Positions 9,993 to 21,033 of a stretch of DNA of 64,000 bases are shown one piece after another. This stretch comes from Candidatus Spongiisociaceae bacterium (GTDB lineage: Bacteria; Actinomycetota; Acidimicrobiia; Spongiisociales; Spongiisociaceae), in NCBI GenBank assembly GCA_965219685.1, contig CBDCOH010000002.1, forward strand, positions 384,001-448,000. The letters run 5' to 3'. The number at the start of each line of letters is the position of its first letter. Position 1 is the stretch's first letter. The translations under genes were made by a program, and so were the position numbers. Below the pieces are notes generated by a model. That model had not been told where the DNA came from, did no database searches, and saw nothing but the letters and a program-made list of their open reading frames with translations.

Positions 9993-10157
9993 TCGCCACC
10001 GACGTGCTCCCGATCACACCGCGGCAGCAGAAATCCTCGAAATATCTCATGTCGTGCCGTAGGCTTGGGGATGCAGTGGATGTCGGCACGGATAGGTGGC
10101 GGAGGTCGGTATCCTCGCAATGAGTCTGTGCGTTCGGTCGTGCGTGGAGGAGTTGCC

Positions 10158-10925
10158 ATGAGGAAACTGGTATTGCTGTTGGTGTGGTTTGCGCTGGTTG
10201 TCGCCGCCTGCGGCGGGGGGGACGAAGAAACGGCGGAGACCGAACCCACAACGGAAACCGTAGGCGTCACCGCGGGCGCGACTACGGAACCTACCGTCGC
10301 ATCTCCGGATGACGCGATGACGGATGACGCGTCCCCCGATGACGCGATGACAGATGACGCGACGGCCGATGACGCGATGACTGATGACGCGACGGCCGAT
10401 GACGCGATGACCGACGGTGGCGAAGCGGAGAGTTCTCCCGCCACCGAGCCGGAGCCCGAGCCGATCGATGCGGTGGTCACCCTCAGGGCCCTTGGTCCGG
10501 TGCGCATAGGCATGACGGTCGATGAAGCCGCCAGCGAGACGGGCGTCGAACTGCGGAGGGACTTCGGTAGGCAGTCGACGAGCACCTGCTACTTCGTGAC
10601 CGCGGGTGCAGCACTGCAGGGCGTGTCGATCATGGTGTTGGACGATCGGATCGCCCGTATCGACGTCGATTCTCCCAGCACCATCGCCACCAGATCCGGG
10701 GTGAGGATCGGCACTCCCGCCGACGATCTGAGACAGGTCTACCCGAACAACATCCGCCAGGCCAACGATGCGGTGGCGGACGGCGAAGCACTGGCGTTCG
10801 TTCCCAATGACGACTTCGACGCCGACTATCGCATCTACTTCGAAATCGAGGACGGGCAGATAGCCCGATACCGATTGGGGACCAAGCCGGCGGTCGACTA
10901 CCTCGGGGGCTGCCCCGATCAATAG
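10158..10925 (+). CDS. Lipoprotein with acidic Met-containing repeat linker
   Basis: GGAGGAG RBS, signal peptide and lipobox VVAAC, DDAMT repeats, globular C-terminal domain. Confidence 0.85.
   Translation: MRKLVLLLVWFALVVAACGGGDEETAETEPTTETVGVTAGATTEPTVASPDDAMTDDASPDDAMTDDATADDAMTDDATADDAMTDGGEAESSPATEPEPEPIDAVVTLRALGPVRIGMTVDEAASETGVELRRDFGRQSTSTCYFVTAGAALQGVSIMVLDDRIARIDVDSPSTIATRSGVRIGTPADDLRQVYPNNIRQANDAVADGEALAFVPNDDFDADYRIYFEIEDGQIARYRLGTKPAVDYLGGCPDQ
10308..10415 (+). repeat. Coding 30-bp (15-bp sub-period) tandem repeat encoding DDAMTDDA(SP/TA)
   Basis: GATGACGCG recurs every 15 bp. Confidence 0.9.
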
Positions 10926-10928
10926 TTC

Positions 10929-12563
10929 CTAACGGTGCCGGTACCAGTCGACGTGTTCGGGAGGTAGTGGCTGGTTCCCCAGGACCAGGTCGGCGGCCCG
11001 CTCGGCGATCATCATCACCGGGGCATATATGTTGCCATTGGTGATCGTGGGCATGACCGAGGCGTCGACCACCCGCAGGCCTTCCATGCCGTGAACGCGC
11101 AGCGATCCGGGCTCGACCACCGACATCGGGTCGGTGCCCATCCTCGCCGTCCCGCAAGGGTGGAGAGCGGTCTCGGCATCCCTGGCCACCCACGCGAGTA
11201 TCTCCTCGTCGGTGCTCACCTCCGGACCGGGAGACAACTCCCCTCCGTTGTAATCGTCGAACGCGGGCTGGTTCAGCAAGTGGCGGACGAAGCGGACCGC
11301 TTCGACCCAGTCCTGGCGATCCGCAGAGGTGGACAGGTAGTTGAACCGCAGCCCGGGTTTGGCGTAGGGGTCGGTCGACTTCAGGAATATGGAACCCCGC
11401 ACGTCCGAGTACATGGGGCCGACATGCACCTGGTAGCCGTGCCCGCCTGCAGGCACCGATCCGTCGTAGCGGATGGCGATCGGCAGGAAGTGGAGCATCA
11501 GGTTCGGGTAGGCCACCCGGCCGTTGCTGCGGACGAAGGCACCGCCCTCGAAATGGTTGCTGGTACCCGGTCCCCGGCGGAGCAACCACTGGAGCCCGAT
11601 CAACGGCTTGCGCCACGCCGCCAACTGCGGCTGTAGGGAAACCGGTAGCTTCGAGGCGTACTGGATGTAGACCTCCAAGTGATCCTGCAGGTTCCTGCCC
11701 ACGCCCGGCAGGTCGTTCACCACGCCGATTCCCAGTTTCTCCAGGTGCTTTCGGGGGCCCAAACCTGAGAGCATCAACAACTGCGGGGTGTTGATGGCGC
11801 CTCCGCAGACGATGACCTCCTGGCCGGCTACCCGGTGCAGCTTCCTTCCCTTCCGGTACTCCGCCCCCACCGCCCGGGTTCCGTCGACGAGGATCCGGGT
11901 CGTGTGCGCTCGGGTTACGACCGTGAGGTTCGGCCTTCCCATCACCGGGTGCAGGTAGGCACGGGCGGCGCTGAGCCGGCGACCGCGGTACCGGTTGGCG
12001 TCGAAGGCGGCGAAGCCCTCCTGCCGGTAGCCGTTCACGTCGCTCGTCAAGGGTATTCCGGCCTGCTGACCGGCCTCGAAGAACGCTTGGAACAGTGGAT
12101 TGGTTGCGGGACCCCTCTCCAGGATCAGCGGCCCCTGCCCTCCCCGGTACTCGTCCTCTCCGGCGAGGGTGGTCTCGAGCCGCTTGAAATATGGAAGACA
12201 ATGGGCATAGCTCCAGTCGCCCATGCCGGCGGCCGATGCCCACTTCTCGTAGTCCATCGGGTTGCCCCTCTGGAAGATCATCCCGTTGATGGAGCTCGAG
12301 CCACCCAGAACCTTCCCGCGTGCGTGGTAGATACGGCGTCCTCCCATGTGGGGCTCCGGCTCCGACTCGTACTTCCAGTCGTAGAACCGTGATCCGATCG
12401 GATAGGTGAGGGCGGCCGGCATGTGGATGAAGACGTCCCACCGGTAGTCCGGCCGGCCGGCTTCGAGTACGAGGACCGTGTTCGATGGGTCGGCGCTCAG
12501 CCGGGCGGCCAGGGCACATCCGGCTGAGCCCCCGCCGATGACCACGAAGTCGTAGGCGGTCAT
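10929..12563 (-). CDS. betA: Choline dehydrogenase (GMC oxidoreductase)
   Basis: [56 protein letters not shown]. Confidence 0.93.
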   Translation of the reverse strand: MTAYDFVVIGGGSAGCALAARLSADPSNTVLVLEAGRPDYRWDVFIHMPAALTYPIGSRFYDWKYESEPEPHMGGRRIYHARGKVLGGSSSINGMIFQRGNPMDYEKWASAAGMGDWSYAHCLPYFKRLETTLAGEDEYRGGQGPLILERGPATNPLFQAFFEAGQQAGIPLTSDVNGYRQEGFAAFDANRYRGRRLSAARAYLHPVMGRPNLTVVTRAHTTRILVDGTRAVGAEYRKGRKLHRVAGQEVIVCGGAINTPQLLMLSGLGPRKHLEKLGIGVVNDLPGVGRNLQDHLEVYIQYASKLPVSLQPQLAAWRKPLIGLQWLLRRGPGTSNHFEGGAFVRSNGRVAYPNLMLHFLPIAIRYDGSVPAGGHGYQVHVGPMYSDVRGSIFLKSTDPYAKPGLRFNYLSTSADRQDWVEAVRFVRHLLNQPAFDDYNGGELSPGPEVSTDEEILAWVARDAETALHPCGTARMGTDPMSVVEPGSLRVHGMEGLRVVDASVMPTITNGNIYAPVMMIAERAADLVLGNQPLPPEHVDWYRHR

Positions 12564-13879
12564 CCGTCGCTCCGTGATCGGTCGGAGTGAGCTCTCCGCC
12601 TGTCCCTCGGTCGGCGCCTCCTCCGGGCTGCTTGGAGAATGACGGTGCCGGCCCTGGCCGGGACCATGGTGAAGGCCCGGCGCTCCCTGGCCGCCACGCC
12701 CTCATGGGTGAGGATCCGCCAAAGAGCGAAGCCCGTGATCCCGCCGTAGAGGACGGCTACGAACGAGTAGAGGCCTGCCGGATCCGTGCTGTCCATGACG
12801 AGGGCGGCGACGATCGGTCCGATGATGGCGCCTACCCCGGTGACGGATGAGACGACGCTGCTCACCCCCACGGCGGAACCCGGCGGGACACGGTCGTTGA
12901 TGTGGCTGAGCGCCAGCGGGTACATCGGGAGCGCCATACCCCCCACGAGGAAGGAGATGATCAGTGCCCACCAGCCTAGGGGGTCGACGTTGACCATTGC
13001 CAGGCATGAGCCGGCGGTCAGGAGTCCGATCGCCATGATCACGCGGCGGCGCCCGATCCGGTCGGAGATCATTCCTATCGGTCCCTGCAACACCACGCTC
13101 CCGACGATTGCGAAGGTCATGAACACTGCGATCCGGTCCACGCTCATACCAACCCGCGCGCCGTACACCGCGCCCAGGCTCAACAAGGCGGCCACTCCTA
13201 CACCCTGGCCGAAGGCGGCTACCAATCCCGATGGTGCGGCCTCCCAAACCTGCCTGACGGGAAGCCGGTCAGGAACGGGCAGGCGGGGCCCCGGAGCGGT
13301 CGAGAGGGTGATCGGGATGACCGCCACCGACACCAGGATCGATGCGAGGATGAACAGGATGACACCTGACGGATCGGCCAGCGTCAGCAGCATCTGGCCG
13401 AACGCCATCCCCCCCATTAGAACCACCATGTAGGCGGCGAGCAAGCGGCCGCGGGTGCGGTTGGTGGTCGCGTCGTTGAGCCAACTCTCCGCCACGATGA
13501 ATAGACCGGACATGGAGAAGCCGGTCACGAGGCGGGCGCCACTCCAGACGACGGGAGACGCGGTGACGATGTAGATGAGGGTGGCGGTCGAGGCCAGCGA
13601 GGCGAGCGCCGCGTACACGCGGATGTGGCCCACGAGCACCACCAAACGGGGCGCCACCGCAGCGCCTGCCAGGAACCCCACATAGTAGAAGGCCAGCACG
13701 AGCCCGGTTGTCGGGGTCGTGAAACCCTCCAGTTCGGCGCGGACTCCGAGGAGCGGATTGAGCACGCCGTTGCCCAGCATCACCAGGAGCACGGCGGACA
13801 GCAGTCCCCACGCGCCCAGCACCGTACTAGTGGTCGAGCCGGGCGCGGAGGTGTCGACGAACTTGGGAAGGGATTTCAT
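12560..13879 (-). CDS. MFS transporter (YcaD-like)
   Basis: About 12 hydrophobic segments, [21 protein letters not shown]; start trimmed to ATG 13879. Confidence 0.88.
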   Translation of the reverse strand: MKSLPKFVDTSAPGSTTSTVLGAWGLLSAVLLVMLGNGVLNPLLGVRAELEGFTTPTTGLVLAFYYVGFLAGAAVAPRLVVLVGHIRVYAALASLASTATLIYIVTASPVVWSGARLVTGFSMSGLFIVAESWLNDATTNRTRGRLLAAYMVVLMGGMAFGQMLLTLADPSGVILFILASILVSVAVIPITLSTAPGPRLPVPDRLPVRQVWEAAPSGLVAAFGQGVGVAALLSLGAVYGARVGMSVDRIAVFMTFAIVGSVVLQGPIGMISDRIGRRRVIMAIGLLTAGSCLAMVNVDPLGWWALIISFLVGGMALPMYPLALSHINDRVPPGSAVGVSSVVSSVTGVGAIIGPIVAALVMDSTDPAGLYSFVAVLYGGITGFALWRILTHEGVAARERRAFTMVPARAGTVILQAARRRRRPRDRRRAHSDRSRSDG

Positions 13880-14102
13880 GGCACCACATCCTGTGGGGTA
13901 ACGATCAGAGGGACCTTCTATGGACTCCACCCGAGTGGTGGAAGAGGCGGTGTATCGGGCGTGGCGTGCCCGGCATCGTTGCCCTGACCATGATAACAAG
14001 CCGGGCCCGCCAACCATTCCCCTCCTGAACGAATCTGACTTTCCAACTGGCCATAGCGGTTGCGGGTTGCCCGTTACCCGGTAGCTCGCACCTGGCTCGG
14101 GT

Positions 14103-14885
14103 TCAGCGTCCGGTCCAGATAGGGTCGCGCTTCTCGGCAAAGGCGCGCGGGCCTTCCTCGGCGTCCTCGGAGGCCAGCACGCGCCGGTACGACTCGATCC
14201 CGCCCGAACGTATAAGAGCCATTCCCTCCTCGGCGGTCATGCCCTCGGTCAGCCGGCGTATGTCGAGGATGGCGGCTACCGCCAGCGGCGCCAGAGTGGC
14301 GACGCGGTCCGCCATGGCCCGGGCCGCTTCCAGGAGTTCGGAAGGCGCCACCACTTCGTTCACCAGCCCGAACCGCAGCGCCTCGCCGGCGCTGAGCCGG
14401 CGTCCGGCGATCAGCACCTCGGTGGCCACCGGCCTCGGTAGCAGCTTCGGCAGCCGGACGGTTCCCGCGTCGGGGATGAGGCCTACCGCAGGCTCGGGGA
14501 GGAAAAACGTCGCATGGTCCGACGCCACCACGAGGTCGGCGGACATGACGAGTTCGAAACCGCCTCCCACGGCCATACCGTTGACCGCGGCGATCACAGG
14601 TTTGTTCAGACCGGGGAGATCCGGGAAGCCGCCGAACCCTCCCGCCCCGTAGTCGCTCTCGTAGGCCTCGCCCTCGGCCGCGGCCTTCAGATCCCATCCG
14701 GCACAGAAGAACTGCTCTCCCGCTCCGGTGAAGATCGCCGCCCGGAGCAGGGGGTCGTCCCGGAAGTCGGTGAAGACATCCCCCAGTCTTCGGCTCGTCG
14801 CGGCATCGATGGCATTGGCTTTGGGGCGGTCCAGCACTACCTCTAGCGTGGAATCCCGCCGGGTCACGCGGATTGGTTCGCTCAT
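14103..14885 (-). CDS. Crotonobetainyl-CoA hydratase / carnitinyl-CoA dehydratase (CaiD-like enoyl-CoA hydratase)
   Basis: LDRPKANAIDA, FFCAGWDLKAAA, DYGAGGFGG, EGPRAFAEKRDP. Confidence 0.88.
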   Translation of the reverse strand: MSEPIRVTRRDSTLEVVLDRPKANAIDAATSRRLGDVFTDFRDDPLLRAAIFTGAGEQFFCAGWDLKAAAEGEAYESDYGAGGFGGFPDLPGLNKPVIAAVNGMAVGGGFELVMSADLVVASDHATFFLPEPAVGLIPDAGTVRLPKLLPRPVATEVLIAGRRLSAGEALRFGLVNEVVAPSELLEAARAMADRVATLAPLAVAAILDIRRLTEGMTAEEGMALIRSGGIESYRRVLASEDAEEGPRAFAEKRDPIWTGR

Positions 14886-15039
14886 CGGTCCGAAGTCTAT
14901 AAGGCGCCAGCGACTGCACCCGCGCCGGCCTAGGTGAGTAGCTACAACGGATCTGACGGGAAGCGACCGTCCTCCAGGGTCGTTACACAACACCGTGCAG
15001 CACATATGTAACTTGTATACGCCTCTTTCTGGACTCGAA

Positions 15040-15175
15040 CCCCTGGTTGCCATTTCATGAAGAGCCTCCCTCGGCGTAACCGCGAGATCCAAAACAACGC
15101 TACAGAGAATGGGTATATAATCCGATTAAACGTTAATCACTGCTGACCAACTATAGACTAGTAACTAATCGTCTA
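15040..15175. repeat. Dispersed intergenic element, copy B
   Basis: Homologous to 3742-3889; sits inside the carnitine operon right after the CoA-ligase stop. Confidence 0.75.
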
Positions 15176-17257
15176 GGACGAGATGGTGACCAGGGCGTCG
15201 ACTGCCCAGGCCGAGTCCGGGGTGACGACCAGCGGGTTGATCTCGATCTCCACCAACTCGGGGTGTTCCCTCATCAGGTTGAGTAGCCCGTGGGTTACCG
15301 AGTTCATCGTGTCCAAGGTAGCGCGGGGTCCGTCCCCCGAACCCAGCAACCGCCGGCCCATCCGGATGCGTCCAAGGGACCTGTGGAGGACCGGCGTGAG
15401 GGCAGGCAGCAGCAGGGTCGTGGTGTCGGCCAGGAGTTCCACCAGCGTGCCCCCGGCGCCCAGTGTGAGCACGAGCCCGATCGGCGCATCGCGCCGGACC
15501 GACACGAGCAGTTCGACGACTCCTCCGGTCACCTGCTCCTCGACGAGCACCGGGCAGGCGCGATCACCCAGTCGGCGGACCGCGGCCGCCAGGTCGCCCG
15601 GGGTACCTATGTCGGTGATGACACCGCCCAGTTCGGTCTTGTGGACCGGGCCAACCGCTTTGGCAACCAGCGGGAAGCGAAGCCTCGGGACAGCCGGGTT
15701 CCCGCCCGCCAGGTCGGCGACGGTCAATACCACACCCTCGGGAACGTTCATCCCCGCCTCCCGCAGCAGGGTCTTGCCCGACGGCTCGTCGATGGTCCGG
15801 TAGGACTTCGCGGGCGCCGGGCCACCGGCGGGTAGGTGGAGAGGCGGCGCCTCGCTCGCGAACCACTGCCCGACGGCCGCGGCGGCTCCGAGCCCGGCGA
15901 GCGCTTCGTCTATCGAGTATGCGACCCCGAGCCCCTCCCCGGTGGCGTACTCGCGGATCCGGACGGGGAGGTTCTCGGCCAGGCCGGCCGCGACCACCCC
16001 TCGGGTTCCGGTGGTCGTGGAAGCGGAGGCGAAGGCCCGGAGGGTGGGCCACCACCCGGTGTCCTCACTTCCGACCGACGGCCAGTCGAGCACCAGCATG
16101 GCAGCGTCGACCGGGCCGGCCAACACCTCTGTGAAGCATCGCTCAAGCGCCGCGACGTCTCCCCAGATGAAGGTGTGGTAGTCGAGTGGGTTGGTGACCG
16201 TAACCAGGTCGGACAGGGTGGCCTCGATACGCGCGGCGTGTTCCGGCGCGAACTGCTCGAAGACCACCGGGTAATGGACCGACCGGTCCGCTACCAGGGC
16301 CGCCTCGCCACCCGAACACGAGAGCGAGGCCAGGCGGTTGCCGGCTAGTGGACCGATGGTGCCGAGCAGGCCCAGGGTGGTCGTGAACTCGGGTAGCGAA
16401 TCGACGACCGTTACCCCGTAGCGCTCGAAGAGAGCGTCGTAGGAGGCCGCCGGTGTCGCCAGCGCCGCGGTATGGGAGGCGGTGATGAGTCCCGCCCGGT
16501 CCGTGCGGCCCGTCTTCAGCACGACGACAGGGGTTCCGGTCTCGTGGCAGGCCAGCGCCGCTCTTCCGAACTCGATGGGATCGCAGATCGACTCGAGGTA
16601 GAGCCCCACCGCGGTCACCTCGGGACGGCCGGCGAAATAGAACAGGCACTCCTCGGCGGTGACCGATGCCTGGTTTCCCACCGAGATCACGTGGGCGAAG
16701 TCCACGCCCCGGTTGTTCATCGTGAGGTTCAGAGCGATGTTTCCCGACTGGCTGACCAGGGCGGGTCCGTTCTCCACCCGAGTACAGCCGTGGACATCAG
16801 GCCACAGAGCAGCGCCGCTCACAGCGTTGATGGTTCCGTAGCAGTTGGGACCCACGATGGGCATGTCGTGGCCGGCGACCAGCCGCTGCTGCAGCTCCGC
16901 GCCCTCCTGCCCGGCCTCCGCGAACCCGGACGCGTGGAGGACGGCGCCCCCACATCCGATACCGGCCAGTCGGTGCACTATCTCGACGGTTGCCCAGCGG
17001 TTCACGGCGACGAAGGCCGCATCGGGTACGCCCGGTAGCTCGTCCAGGGATCGGTACACGGCGTTTCCCGCCATGGATCGGCGCGTCGGGTGCACCGGCC
17101 AGATCTTCCCGTCGAAACCGAGCCGGTCGGACTGCCGGATGGCCTGGAGGGCCGGATCCCCTCCCACCACCGCGATGGTGCGAGGTTCGAGTAGACGTCG
17201 CAGGCTACGGGCCGTTCCGGAGTCCCCTGGGGGCGAGCGGTCGGGGGCCGCGGTCAT
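15173..17257 (-). CDS. NDP-forming acyl-CoA synthetase (acetate-CoA ligase family), probable gamma-butyrobetaine/crotonobetaine CoA ligase
   Basis: GPNCYG, SQSGN, SHTAALA, SCSGGEA, NPLDYHTFIW, HKTELGGV, EIEINPL; ATGA overlap at 17254-17257. Confidence 0.87.
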   Translation of the reverse strand: MTAAPDRSPPGDSGTARSLRRLLEPRTIAVVGGDPALQAIRQSDRLGFDGKIWPVHPTRRSMAGNAVYRSLDELPGVPDAAFVAVNRWATVEIVHRLAGIGCGGAVLHASGFAEAGQEGAELQQRLVAGHDMPIVGPNCYGTINAVSGAALWPDVHGCTRVENGPALVSQSGNIALNLTMNNRGVDFAHVISVGNQASVTAEECLFYFAGRPEVTAVGLYLESICDPIEFGRAALACHETGTPVVVLKTGRTDRAGLITASHTAALATPAASYDALFERYGVTVVDSLPEFTTTLGLLGTIGPLAGNRLASLSCSGGEAALVADRSVHYPVVFEQFAPEHAARIEATLSDLVTVTNPLDYHTFIWGDVAALERCFTEVLAGPVDAAMLVLDWPSVGSEDTGWWPTLRAFASASTTTGTRGVVAAGLAENLPVRIREYATGEGLGVAYSIDEALAGLGAAAAVGQWFASEAPPLHLPAGGPAPAKSYRTIDEPSGKTLLREAGMNVPEGVVLTVADLAGGNPAVPRLRFPLVAKAVGPVHKTELGGVITDIGTPGDLAAAVRRLGDRACPVLVEEQVTGGVVELLVSVRRDAPIGLVLTLGAGGTLVELLADTTTLLLPALTPVLHRSLGRIRMGRRLLGSGDGPRATLDTMNSVTHGLLNLMREHPELVEIEINPLVVTPDSAWAVDALVTISS

Positions 17258-18414
17258 CCGCCCAACGGTCGGAGCATGCTCCGCGAGATGATGTGGCGCT
17301 GGATCTCGGAGGTTCCGTCCCAGATGCGGTCCACCCTGGTGTCGCGCCACAGACGCTCGAGCGGAAGCTCCTCCATGAGACCCATGCCCCCGAAGATCTG
17401 GATGGCTTCGTCCGTGACGAACTGGCACATCTCGCTGGCGTAGAGCTTGGCCATCGCCGCCTCTGTGTCGGTCATGGTGCCCTGTCCCTCCTTCCAAGCC
17501 GCTCGGAGGGTTAACAGTTCGGCCGCCTCGTAGCGGGTCTGCATGTCAGCCAGCTTGAAGGACACGCCCTGGAACTTGCCGATCTGGCTCCCGAACTGGG
17601 TACGGTCCACAGCCCACTCGGTGGCCAGGCGGATAGCGCGCCGGGCTCTGCCGAGGCACACGGACGCCACTTGGAGCCGGGTGGAGCCCAGCCACTCGTT
17701 GGCGACCGCGAAACCCCGGTGTTCCTCACCGAGGATCGCGGATCGGGGAACGCGGCAATCGTCGAAGTTCAGGATGAAGTTGTGGTAGCCGCGGTTGGAC
17801 ACCGCTCTGTACCCGGGGCTAACCCCGAAACCCGGGGTCCCCATGTCCACCAGGAAGGCGGTGATCCGCTTGCGCGGACCGCGGGGCCCCGACTCCTCGC
17901 CGGTTGCGGCGAACAGGATCACGTAGTCGGCCAGATCGGCGTGGCTGATGAAGTGCTTCGTGCCGTTGATGAGGTATCCGGCTCCGTCGCGGACGGCGCT
18001 GCACTTCATTCCCCGGAGGTCGGAACCCGCATCTGGTTCGCTCATCGCCAGGCACTCGACACGGTCACCCCGTACGGTCGGGAGCAGGTAGCGCTCGATC
18101 TGCTCACCCCTGCAGGCTCGGAGTATGTTGGACGGCCGGGCAACTATGTACTGGAGCGCGTAGGATGCCGCGCCGAGTTCCCGCTCGACTAGCGCCAAGG
18201 TCAGGGGATCCAGGCCTGCTCCCCCGGATTCGATCGGCATGTTGGCGGCATATATGCCCGCGGCGACAGCCCGCGACCTGATCTGGTCCACCAACCCGGG
18301 CGGCACCCGGCCGGAGCGCTCCACATCCTCCTCGTGGGGGAACAGTTCCCGCTCCGTGAACTCGCGGGCCACGTCCACGATCAGCCTCTGCTCGTCGGTG
18401 AGCCCGAAGTTCAT
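17254..18414 (-). CDS. Acyl-CoA dehydrogenase (probable gamma-butyrobetainyl-CoA dehydrogenase)
   Basis: AMSEPDAGSD, NGTKHFIS, QIFGGMG, IWDGTSEIQR; operon context. Confidence 0.9.
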   Translation of the reverse strand: MNFGLTDEQRLIVDVAREFTERELFPHEEDVERSGRVPPGLVDQIRSRAVAAGIYAANMPIESGGAGLDPLTLALVERELGAASYALQYIVARPSNILRACRGEQIERYLLPTVRGDRVECLAMSEPDAGSDLRGMKCSAVRDGAGYLINGTKHFISHADLADYVILFAATGEESGPRGPRKRITAFLVDMGTPGFGVSPGYRAVSNRGYHNFILNFDDCRVPRSAILGEEHRGFAVANEWLGSTRLQVASVCLGRARRAIRLATEWAVDRTQFGSQIGKFQGVSFKLADMQTRYEAAELLTLRAAWKEGQGTMTDTEAAMAKLYASEMCQFVTDEAIQIFGGMGLMEELPLERLWRDTRVDRIWDGTSEIQRHIISRSMLRPLGG

Positions 18415-19898
18415 GACCCGCCCCTCGTCGCCATGACCCGGCCGAGATACTCGGGGGCCGGCATTCCCCGGTGGGCCTTCCGGATCGCGGCCAAGGCATG
18501 GGCAGGCGTTCCCTCGATGGCCGCCGGTCGTCCGGTCACCGTGTTCATATGGAGCAACATCTGCTCGGTGACGGCGACCAGGGCGCCGCTCCCGGCATCG
18601 AACATCTCGTGATAGAGGTGGAGGCGCTTGCGGTCGAGGCCCACGATCCTGGTTGCGAAGCGCAGCGATCCGCTGCCACTCACCTCGCGCAGGTAGTTGA
18701 TGTGTGTCTCCACGGTGTAGAACGAATGACCGGCCGCCCGGTAATCCTCATCGTCTCCGATGTAACGGAAGAGGGCGTCAGAGGCCCACCCGAATGCGGT
18801 CAGGTACGCCGCCTCGGTCATGTGGTTGTTGTAGTCGACCCAGTCGGGTTCGACGTCGCAGCGGAACAATTCCAGGGGAGCGGGTACCTCGTCGCCCTCG
18901 GACCATGTGCTGGGCGCTTGGCCGTAGCGACGTGCCTCCCGCCGGGCCAGGATGACCCCCGCACCCACACCGACCGAGCGGAGGGCCCTCATAGTGGCGA
19001 CCAGGTAGTCGTCCCGGAGCCGCTCCAAGTCCACGACCGATCTTCCGGCCGCCTGTTCGGCCGTTCCGTCCACCATGGCCTCGATCAGGGAGTCGCTGAG
19101 CTCGGGCGCTTCCGACCTGGCCCAGGGGAGTTTGAGGGCAGGGCCGAACTGCTCGAGCATGTGGCGCATCCCTCCCCGGCCGCCTGCCAGATGGAAGGTG
19201 AGGTTGGTCCCCATCCCGGCCCACCGCAGGCCCGGTCCGTAGGTGATGGCATCGTCGAGTTCTCGGGTGGAGGCGGTTCCGTCGTTCACCAAGTGGAGGA
19301 TCTCCCTCCATAGCGCCTCCTGCAGGCGGTCGGAGAGGTAGCCCGGGATCTCGTTGCGGACCACCAACGGGTACATGTCGAGATAGTCGTACACGGCCGC
19401 CGCACATTCGACAGTATCCTCGGTGGTACGTTCGCCGGCCACCACCTCGACGAGGGGAAGCAGATACACGGGGTTGAATGGATGCCCGACAAGCACCCGG
19501 TCGGGGTTCGCACAACCGGATGCGATTCGGGTGGGCAGCAGTCCCGATGAACTCGAAGCGAGGACTACGTGGGCGGGGGTGACCGCATCCAGCCGGGTGA
19601 GCAGTTCACGTTTCAGCCGTCCATTCTCCGGAGCCGACTCCTGGACGAAGTCGGCGACGTCGCACACTCTCTCCGGGCTGTCCATGAAGTCGACCCGATC
19701 CGGCCGCGCGCCCGGATAGAGACCGAGGCGCTGGACAGACGGCCAGGCCCGGTCGATCGCATCCCTGAGCCGCCCGGCGGCGCCGGGCGCCGGATCCCAG
19801 GCCACCACGTCCAAGCCGCGGCTAAGCGCCCGGACGGCCCACCCGGATCCGATTACGCCGGTTCCGACCAGGCCGAATACTCTCGGTGGGAAGGTCAT
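18411..19898 (-). CDS. lcdH: L-carnitine 3-dehydrogenase fused to a hot-dog thioesterase
   Basis: GTGVIGSGW, QESAPE, GHPFNPVYLLPLVE, GPGLRW, then thioesterase motif WVDYNNHM..FYTVETHI. Confidence 0.88.
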   Translation of the reverse strand: MTFPPRVFGLVGTGVIGSGWAVRALSRGLDVVAWDPAPGAAGRLRDAIDRAWPSVQRLGLYPGARPDRVDFMDSPERVCDVADFVQESAPENGRLKRELLTRLDAVTPAHVVLASSSSGLLPTRIASGCANPDRVLVGHPFNPVYLLPLVEVVAGERTTEDTVECAAAVYDYLDMYPLVVRNEIPGYLSDRLQEALWREILHLVNDGTASTRELDDAITYGPGLRWAGMGTNLTFHLAGGRGGMRHMLEQFGPALKLPWARSEAPELSDSLIEAMVDGTAEQAAGRSVVDLERLRDDYLVATMRALRSVGVGAGVILARREARRYGQAPSTWSEGDEVPAPLELFRCDVEPDWVDYNNHMTEAAYLTAFGWASDALFRYIGDDEDYRAAGHSFYTVETHINYLREVSGSGSLRFATRIVGLDRKRLHLYHEMFDAGSGALVAVTEQMLLHMNTVTGRPAAIEGTPAHALAAIRKAHRGMPAPEYLGRVMATRGGS

Positions 19899-19958
19899 CT
19901 CCCGGAGCTCTCGGGAGCTACTCCGTCCGTGGCCGCCGAATCCCGGGGCGGCACTCTC

Positions 19959-20888
19959 CTAGAAGGCAACGCGGTGCAAACCCTTCAGCGCCAGGCGTTC
20001 CCGGGTCTCGGCGGGGGTGGCGGGCTCGCGTGACAGCTCGCGCAGGATGCGCACGATCTTGGCCACCTGCTCGGCGTTGGATTCGGCCAGCTTCCCTTTC
20101 CGCAGGTAGATGCCGTCTTCGAGGCCGACCCGGACGTTGCCCCCCAGGGTGGCGCCGGCCGTGACAATGTCGAACTGGTAGCGGCCTCCGCCCAGGATCG
20201 ACCACTCGAGATCGTGTCCGAACAGCCGGTTGGCGACGGTCTTCATCGCAACAACGTTTTCGATGTCGGGGCCTATGCCCCCGAACGTCCCCATCACGAA
20301 CTGCATGAATATCGGTGGCTCGATCAGGCCCCGGTCCGCGAAGTAGGCCAGCGTGTAGAGGTGGCCGATGTCGTATGCCTCGAACTCGAAGCGGCATCCC
20401 GTCTTCTCGGCGAGCACCGTGAGCATGTACTCGATGTCGCCGAACGTGTTGACGAACGGTTCCCACTTGGTGCTCTCGAGAAAGGGCTCCTCCCAGTCGT
20501 ACTTCCACCGACCCTCGTAGCGGGGGATCATCTGGAACAGCCCGTAGTTCATGGTTCCCAGATTGCAGGTGGCCAGTTCCGGCTTGAGCACCTCGATCAC
20601 CCGTAGCCGCTCCTCGATCGTCTGGCCCGTTGCGCCACCTGTCGTGATCGAGATCACGGCGTCGCATTCGGCCTTTATGCCGGCGCAGTACTCCCTGAAG
20701 ATTCCCGGGTCGGAGACGGGCCGCCCATCCACAGGGTCCCTGGCATGTATGTGGATCACGCCGGCCCCTTCCCCGGCGGCATCCACCGACTGGCGTACAT
20801 GCTCCTCGACCGTCACCGGGATATCGCTGTTCATTGTGGGGGTATGGGAGGAACCCGTGACCGCGCAGGTGACTATCACGCCGCCCAT
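19959..20888 (-). CDS. Beta-keto acid cleavage enzyme (BKACE/DUF849), probable 3-dehydrocarnitine cleavage enzyme
   Basis: IVTCAVTG..HTP, HIHAR, NVRVGLED; directly upstream of carnitine dehydrogenase. Confidence 0.9.
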   Translation of the reverse strand: MGGVIVTCAVTGSSHTPTMNSDIPVTVEEHVRQSVDAAGEGAGVIHIHARDPVDGRPVSDPGIFREYCAGIKAECDAVISITTGGATGQTIEERLRVIEVLKPELATCNLGTMNYGLFQMIPRYEGRWKYDWEEPFLESTKWEPFVNTFGDIEYMLTVLAEKTGCRFEFEAYDIGHLYTLAYFADRGLIEPPIFMQFVMGTFGGIGPDIENVVAMKTVANRLFGHDLEWSILGGGRYQFDIVTAGATLGGNVRVGLEDGIYLRKGKLAESNAEQVAKIVRILRELSREPATPAETRERLALKGLHRVAF

Positions 20889-20937
20889 TTCAGTAACTCC
20901 TTGGTCGCTCGGTCTGTCCGGGTTAGGATCAGGACCT

Positions 20938-20971
20938 GTTTCATAATGCGGAACGTTCTGCTATACAGAAC
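20938..20971. promoter_or_regulatory. Tandem 17-bp IclR-type operators
   Basis: GTTTCATAATGCGGAAC followed directly by GTTCTGCTATACAGAAC, between the divergent IclR and BKACE genes. Confidence 0.75.
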
Positions 20972-21033
20972 TATCGAACCATAATCCCTCCCCATGGGGA
21001 GCGTCAACAGGTAATGAGCGTCAAGGAGCAAGC

